From: Pavona decussata
Lineage: Eukaryota
Assembly: GCA_977016875.1 (NCBI GenBank)
Contig: CDRNST010000060.1
Span: 4,030,001-4,094,000, forward strand
Direction: 5' to 3'
Length of the DNA: 64,000 nt
Below, in pieces: positions 57,269 through 64,000 of the stretch. The notes beneath the pieces were generated by a model. It had not been told where the DNA came from. It was given only the letters and a program-made list of their open reading frames with translations, and made no database searches. The position numbers were made by a program, and so were the translations under genes. Within the stretch, counting starts at the first letter, position 1, and the number at the start of each line of letters is the position of its first letter.

Positions 57269-57808
57269 CTTCTAGTGATAACAAGTTAAAGCACCCAAAG
57301 ACAGCAAGACCAAAGCATAAGGGACAGACCGTCGGGACCAGAAAAAGTGTCCGCAGAAGAGAGGTTTCCGCTTATGGGAGGTTAAAAATGTAGTGTTTGT
57401 ATGTAGCCGAGAGCATGACCAAGTGTCCGCTTTCAAGAGGTGTCCCCCTACGAGAGATGTCCGTTAGTGGAGGTTTGACTGTACCTAAATGACAGTTTTC
57501 CCTGTCCCTTTCTATACTTCAGCTTGTGAAATCCCTAACCGCTTCTCAGTGAAGACTCCCTGTATAGTCCATTATAGGGAGTATCCCCACCCAAACTCTC
57601 TGGGGCAAAAAGAGGGGCTGCTTACTACAGTGGTCCAATTTTTTAAGAAAGAAATAAGAAGGTGAAGGATTTGTATAATTATGGAGCTGTTAGAGCATGA
57701 CAGTGCAAATATCTTGCCCCAAAATTATAACAAGATGCTGATTTTTGACAAGTAGGCATTTTTCATTGTGCTCTTTCTGAATATCTCAGCAAATCCCGTA
57801 ATTTCTTA

Positions 57809-58106
57809 AGGGCGATTTAGACGGTACGATTTTCTCTTACGACTGTCGCATGCAATTTCTAGAGCGCGCGCTGCTTGCGTCATGTAAAAATCGTACACAA
57901 CTTTCACCACTCAACATTGCCTTTACCTACGATTGTCGTACGATTTTAAAACATGTTTTAAAATCCTACGACATTTTTCGTGTTGTGTGCGTCTGTCGTA
58001 AGGATGTTGTAGGTTGATTTACACGACGCGATTCGTGTTGTAGGCATGGCGTAAGCGTGTTGCATGCAACAAATCGTAGGCAAAATCGTACCGTCTAAAT
58101 CGCTCT
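57809..58106. mobile_element. PIF/Harbinger-like MITE
   Basis: TTA|AGGGCGATTTAGACGGTACGATTTT...AAAATCGTACCGTCTAAATCGCTCT|TTA. Confidence 0.8.
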
Positions 58107-58842
58107 TTAAAATGATTTAGTTTTTGTGACATCAACATTTTAGGACTATTGTCAGTAATGTTCAAGAAGATCTGGCTTTTTGTTAGGCATCCCATGTGTT
58201 TGGGGTGGGGGGTATGATTTGATTACAACTTTGTGACACCAGCAGGGTATTGTTCAAAGCTTTATTGAGGAAAGGCCCTATCAAGGTAAAGGTTTCATGA
58301 AAATTCCACTAACCTTAAAAGTACATTCTTTCAAATTCATCACACAAAGCAATTTTTACAGCAAAGGCAAACTGAAACTTACACCCTTATAATATCAATG
58401 CTTAATTCTTTACCTAATCCCTAAATAGTACTGCTGGTAACAGACAAATATTTTTTAAAACAAGGTCAGCTTTTTCTTTTCCTGCAGTCAGCAGAGTATT
58501 TCCAGTCTCCTCAGTTCTAAAAACAATGAAATAATAAGAGAAAACTTTGCATTGTTTTTATCTAATCATGGTCATACCATAAACAAAACATGTCTTAAGT
58601 TGGTTTTAAAAATGAAACATTGTCACTGAGCATTGTGAAATTTAGTGTTTTGTAAAAATCATCTTGCCAAAAATAAATGAGCTTTTTTCTTGCTTCTTTT
58701 GCACCTCAATCCTCAGTTTCAGATTCCCCTTTCCTTACCTGCCATACAGGCCAAGCAAGAATCATTCTGTTAAATTTCACACTGACTTAGCCTGTTATCT
58801 AATGTGGAGTGCAGGGGTTCATGAATTCATCATATCGTTACC

Positions 58843-61800
58843 TTATATCAAGAAAACTGCAAGGAAGTCAGCATGTCCAGCATCTGTTTAAAAACAAAAC
58901 AAAAAGCAAACTTGAGGACGGTGCCTTGTTTTTGTTTCGTCCAATTTTCTTTTTAGATTCCATCCTCCCTTGCTAAGATCTACTTTTCCTGCATAGTCAT
59001 AAACTGCACAAAAATCCCTTTGTATAAGTCCTGACTGGTTCTATTCTAGACTTAAACTCTCTGATTTCTGTACCCTATCCCAGACTAAACTGCTGGAAAA
59101 ATATACCCTTCACAGGGGCACATACATTATGAGTTTTTGTGCCAGAAGCTTTTCAACACCATACTAGACGACCCAAGACACAAGCTTAGGGCAATCCTTC
59201 AACCGCTGCATGATGATTCACATTATAACCTTAGGAAACAGCCATATGCCACAGCTTCATACTGAGAGAACTAAGAATATGTTTATATTATTTTGTTATG
59301 TCAAGGAAATTAACTTGAAATTTAGCTAAACTTCATCTGGGCCGTGGTTTGTAGTTTTTAGTTTTAGTTTAATATACGCATCTCTTATGAGATATTTTTC
59401 TGTTATTTCTGTAATAATATGTTTAATCATTAATATTTCTAAATAATTAGGTAATTCAGCCTTTAGGCTGTGAGGTGATTTTAAATAAAACTATGTATCT
59501 ATCATACCTATATAGCATGTATATGGGAGTATCTGTGTATAATAAGACGAGTGAAAGCTACTGATTGGCCTCTTGGAAAAATTATATCAGCATTTATGAG
59601 GAAGTTATGATTTTGAGAGAAATGGATTGAACATGAAATTTGAATTTCAAAACCATTCAAATCTTCTAATGTATTAGGTATACCCCTAAACTATACCTTA
59701 TTTTGCAGCTTACAACAGTAACAGGTTAATAAATTGACACATGTATGTCCTACATCCCATATGGTATTTGGAAAAAGAAATTGGAACATTGTAGGGGTGG
59801 TCATTCCATAAACCACATCATACACTGGATCATAGATAGGATGGGTCACAGTTTTATGAATTAAATGAGCCAATCTTTACAACCGAAGATGATTTTGTTG
59901 GGAAAAATGTGTATAAATTTACCAAATACAGTAAAAACCCGTATATAAGAACCTACAGGCTGAAATTTGGCATTTAACTACCACAAAATATAAGAACCTG
60001 TTCAGCCTGGTAAAGAAAAATAGGTTCTTATACAAAAACAATCACTCTAATTTTGATGGTCAAAATTCTGGATTTTAATTGTGTGAGAAACTTCTGACAA
60101 AAAGTTATTGTGTATATGTTTCTTTGGTTTACATTTGTTTGGATTTTCACTAGATTTCACTAGTGCTAAACCATTTTGTAAAAAAAAAAAATTGTATTAG
60201 AAGTACAAAATTTCTGCCAATGGTTACACTACGACAACCTCTGAAAAATAAGAACCTAATCAGCCTGAATTGTGAAAAACTACCTTAAAATATAAGAACC
60301 TGTTCAGCCTGAGCTCGAAAATTCTAGGTTCTTATATGCGGGTTTTTACTGTATTCAGAAAGTTATGGCATTGTGTGCCAATTGGCACTCTTACTGGGCT
60401 TTAAGCCTTTCAATTTCTATTAACCCTTTAAGCCCTAACAGTGTTCAGCATCAAATTTCTCCTTGTAATTTCAAAGATTATTCAACTCCTGAGGTCGTGA
60501 GAATTAAGAATATTATCACCCAAGGTGGATTTTTTCTGATCTTTGAACAACTTCTCCCCCAGAACTTATATAAGAAGGTATATAAGAAAGTATGGGGACA
60601 AGATAGGAGAATTTGTTCTTTGATATTAGGGTTTCAAGGGTCAACTATCAAGAGAAAATCTCACCACTGCTGCTCCACTTGGCATTGGTAGAGCGTTTGC
60701 TGTACATGACATTCCAACCATCTCCTGTCTTCTCCCAATCACAGTATTGGTTGCTGGTAGCAACCAGCCAGCCTGCATCTTGGTCACATCCCCCGTAGTT
60801 CCTGTTCATGTAAAAACTACGGCAGTCGAATCCATCACCATAACAGTCTCCCTTAATAGAGAAGAAGTTCTTTGGCTCGGTGTGAATATCAGACCATGGA
60901 GAAGTGATCAATCTCTCAAGTGAAAACCAGTCCACTGGATTTGACTTTGAAGCATTGAAGAGCAGCTCTATCTTTAAGGTGCCATTTTCATACAGGGCCA
61001 CTTTTGCCTTAAAAAGTGACAGTGAAAAGAGTTGCTCAATAGTAAAGAAGTACCAAATTATAGCAGACTTGCCAGCATGAAGTTTTTTTGAATTTCAATT
61101 TCACTCAGAAATTTATCTCGGAGCCACAGGTTTGTCTTGTGTTCAACAAAATAGTGACAGTATTGAGCCGATAGGATATTGGAGTTGGTATCAGTATCCT
61201 GTAGAGAATTGGTATGAGAATGTGCAGTTCCAGAAACTATCCATACTCCCTCCCCCCCCTCCCCATGGAAGGTTTTTTTGTTTTGCACCTCCCTCCACCC
61301 CCCCAGGAAATTACAGTTTACCAGTAGCTTCATACTTTACTTCTAAGATTTTGGCATTTAAGATCCCCCTCCCCCTGGAATTTCTGATGACCTTCCTTGG
61401 GGTGGGTATGGATTTTTTCTGGAACTGCACAATTCACAAGAGGGGCAGAACATGGGACAGGATATAAAGAGGCTGCAAAAATTCAGGAATATTATAAAAC
61501 CATTTGAATCTCTAGAGATTGGTGCTTTACAACTGTCCTTCCTTTTCTAAATTGATTTCTCAGCTTCTTTATTTTTTAATGGATCTACTCAATGACTAGC
61601 AATAATCTTTATGCTTTGAGAGTAGTCACCCCTTCATTTCAAGTTTGGTACAGCTTCACTTTGAGGGCAGATGTTCTGGTTGGCCTCCTAGACTGATCTA
61701 AGAAGCAGATTTTGTACATGTGGTTGATCCTCAATTTCTTGGAGTTTTACTTCTCAAGTGCATTTTGTGGGATCTGGGCATACCGAAAAAGGAGTTCTTA

Positions 61801-64000
61801 TTTTATTATTATTTTTTTCTCATTGTGCAATACTTCATACTTGGGTAGGTGCTTACCAGTAAAGTACATGTCTATGCATGTAAAGGAAAGTGACCGAAGA
61901 TAATTTGATTTGAAGACAACAACAATCAAAGCCTTTTTCAACATAGACCATCTGCATCAGGTAATTGAAAGACAAAAAGCTAGTTATCTCTTTAATTCTC
62001 TTTTTGATAGCAAGATCATTCTCCAAGTAACTTATTAACAAGCTTATGAAGAGTTCTGACTTTCATCCAAGGCTTCAGAAGGGCTAAATATTAAAAGCCA
62101 CCAATTTCAGGGACAATTAACAAAACACTAATTTTACTTACAAATTACAAATACAATTTTACCTACTTTAAATTTTTCTTGTGATTTTCCCAGTAGATAC
62201 TAACCTGAGATGGATCAAAAACGCCCCAGTACTCGCTCAGCACCAGTCGGTTCTTATAGTGATCCTTGAAGGCGTTTGTCAAATCAAGCGCTGCTGTTCG
62301 AAACTCTCCATTAGTGAGAGTTGAACTGTACAGTTCCCATACCCGAAGACCTCCACCACCGCTGATAGCTTTGAATACAAAAGTCCAGCCTGGTGGCAGA
62401 TAACATGATGCGGTGATAAGTGTAGGATAAAAATCTAGAGTTATTATTGAAATCTAAATTATTTAGGGATGATGCTTGCTTTTGCTGCTGTGTCTATGTA
62501 CCGGCAGTGTATCTTATGATCAGATATTTGTCCAAGAAACTCTGATTTCTTAAGGACTAATTCAGAGGTATTTTTGCATGCAGGTTTTGACTGTGCAGGA
62601 AAAGAAGATCTTAGCAAGGGTTATTGAAAATTTCAAACAGAAAATTGGGGGATACCCCAAACTTTTCTGAAAACAATAAGCTCAAAGTGGCCTAGTACTG
62701 CAGGTACTGTTGAATGTGATAAATAAAATTTTATTGGTACTGAAAATGTCTCCACCAACCTCCTGAAGCCATGTCACAATAAACAGGAATTGCTTCTGGA
62801 TCAGTTCCTATGAAGGAATAACAAATTATGTCAGTATTTATCCAGCTATCAAAGGGGAGAAGGGATGGCGCTGTGGTGGGAGTGCTTGCCTCCAACCAAT
62901 GTGGCTTGGGTTCAATTCCTGGACTCGGCGTCATATGTGGGTTGAGTTTGTCGTTGGTCCTCATCCCTGCCCTGAGGGTTTTTCTCCAGGTACTCTGGTT
63001 TTCCTCCCTCCACAAAAACCAGCATTTCCAAATTCCAATTGGTTCTGGAAACAGTGGACGAATAGCCACTCTGTGAATGTACCTCTGAAATTCCCATTTA
63101 TTTATTTTTATTTTATTTGTTATTTGTTAAGCCCTCCGTTGGAGGTGAGGGGGGTAGCTAGATTGATTGATCCACCTTTTGAAGCATAATAAGCTTATAA
63201 ACATCACCACTGGAAAGTATTACTTAGGAACTTTCATTTCAATATTATTATTTACATGGACACATGCAACATTTTCATCCATATCCAGAGCTCAAAATGC
63301 ACAATCAACTTAATTTGTCAGTATAATAAACAGTATCACAGAAAAGTAATGCTCAGTAGCTTGTTTCACTTGAATAGCTGCACCTGAAGATTTCATCCAC
63401 AGACTCAAAAGTTTGAGCCACCATTTACAGCATGATAAACAGCGACACAGGAAAGTATTAAATGCTCAGTAGCTTTCACTTGGATAACCGAACAGTATGA
63501 AGATTTTGTCCACAGACTCAAAAGTTGATCCACTCTGTGCAGCATAATAAACAGCACCATAGGAAAGCACCGCTCGATAGCTTTCATTTGAATGGTCATT
63601 AATTAAACCATCTTGAACAGCTTAACAAACAGCACCGCATGACATACAAGAAAGTACTGCTCATTTGAATGGTCGCACTTTAGGATTTCATCCAAAGACT
63701 CAAACCTTAGACCCACCTTGTACACCACAGCGTACACAATAGTTACATTCCTTTCTTTCTCTCCTTGTGAAGGATATCGTCTAAAACAATATTTACGCTT
63801 AAAACAGTATTTCATTCACAGATTGGTCATAGATGTTGATCGGCAAAAGTTAGAGCAACATATTTACAGGTTCGACTGTCTAAATGAAAGTAAGTTTGTT
63901 ATGTAGTAATTTTGTGAATCCTTGTTTAATAGCTCCAAAAGAAAGAAAAAAAAAAAACAAGCTGCCATTGCTTTTACCTGGAAGACGAATCCAGTAGACT
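58843..64000 (-). CDS. Uncharacterised protein with a fibrinogen-like N-terminal subdomain motif (YWI..P..VYCDM..GGWT) followed by a Cys/Trp-rich domain; 5' end outside the window
   Basis: Exons 64000-63978 (VYWIRLPG), 62807-62760 (TDPEAIPVYCDMASG), 62389-62205 (GWTFVFKAISG...HYKNRLVL...DPSQ), 61007-60665 (AKVALYENG...FFSIKGDC...RSFYMNRNYGGCDQDAGWL...CDWE) and 58883-58843 (DAGHADFLAVFLI*). All introns are GT-AG with compatible phases. Confidence 0.8.
59929..60351. mobile_element. Tc1/mariner-type MITE
   Basis: TA|CAGTAAAAACCCGTATATAAGAACCT...AGGTTCTTATATGCGGGTTTTTACTG|TA; internal TATAAGAACCT repeats. Confidence 0.8.
60424..60640. mobile_element. piggyBac-like MITE
   Basis: TTAA|CCCTTTAAGCCCTAA...TTAGGGTTTCAAGGG|TCAA (degenerate TTAA). 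Confidence 0.65.
61221..61431. mobile_element. MITE with TGTGCAGTTCCAGAAA TIRs
   Basis: TGTGCAGTTCCAGAAACTATCCATAC...GTATGGATTTTTTCTGGAACTGCACA. Confidence 0.65.
62854..63128 (+). mobile_element. tRNA-derived SINE with a V-domain-like core (V-SINE)
   Basis: A-box-like GATGGCGCTGTGG, B-box GGTTCAATTCC, core GGGTTTTTCTCCAGGTACTCTGGTTTTCCTCCC, and a (TTTA)n tail. Confidence 0.75.
63200..63735. repeat. Degenerate ~80-bp tandem repeat family
   Basis: Recurring CACCA..GGAAAGTA..GCTCAGTAGCTTTCATTTGAATGGTC..GATTTCATCCACAGACTCAAAAGTT units; reverse-complement copies at ~13010-13255. Confidence 0.65.

Noticed and set aside
60648-60664. ORF-track C-terminus GEIFS*
   Set aside because: A GTGAG donor at 60664 and an in-phase terminal exon at 58883-58843 give a better ending.

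Overview
Eukaryotic, intron-rich, repeat-dense genomic DNA. The repeat families and gene style suggest a scleractinian coral or other anthozoan (inference, not verified). By manually splicing at GT-AG boundaries I can follow six protein-coding genes: the 3' part of ABCC10/MRP7 (+, 14 exons to 8010); an intronless gene for a probable mitochondrial protein with eight exact 38-aa helical repeats of OPR/HPR/FASTK type and no RAP domain (-, 9327-10781); RALGAPB (-, 23 coding exons); MCM8 (-, 33 coding exons); an intronless TSNAX/TRAX gene lying head-to-head with MCM8 (155 bp between the start codons); and the 3' part of an uncharacterised protein with a fibrinogen-like YCDM..GGW motif (-). Introns and intergenic DNA hold many non-autonomous DNA transposons with readable TIRs and TSDs (Tc1/mariner-, Kolobok-, Sola-, Harbinger-, piggyBac- and Merlin-like, several nested), LINE fragments, a V-SINE and tRNA-like repeats. 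The best candidate for new biology is the OPR-type repeat protein, a possible sequence-specific mitochondrial RNA-processing factor. Next come several unusual mobile-element architectures: G-tract-armed TIRs, local DNA copied into a MITE loop, and a terminally redundant tRNA-containing retro-insert.
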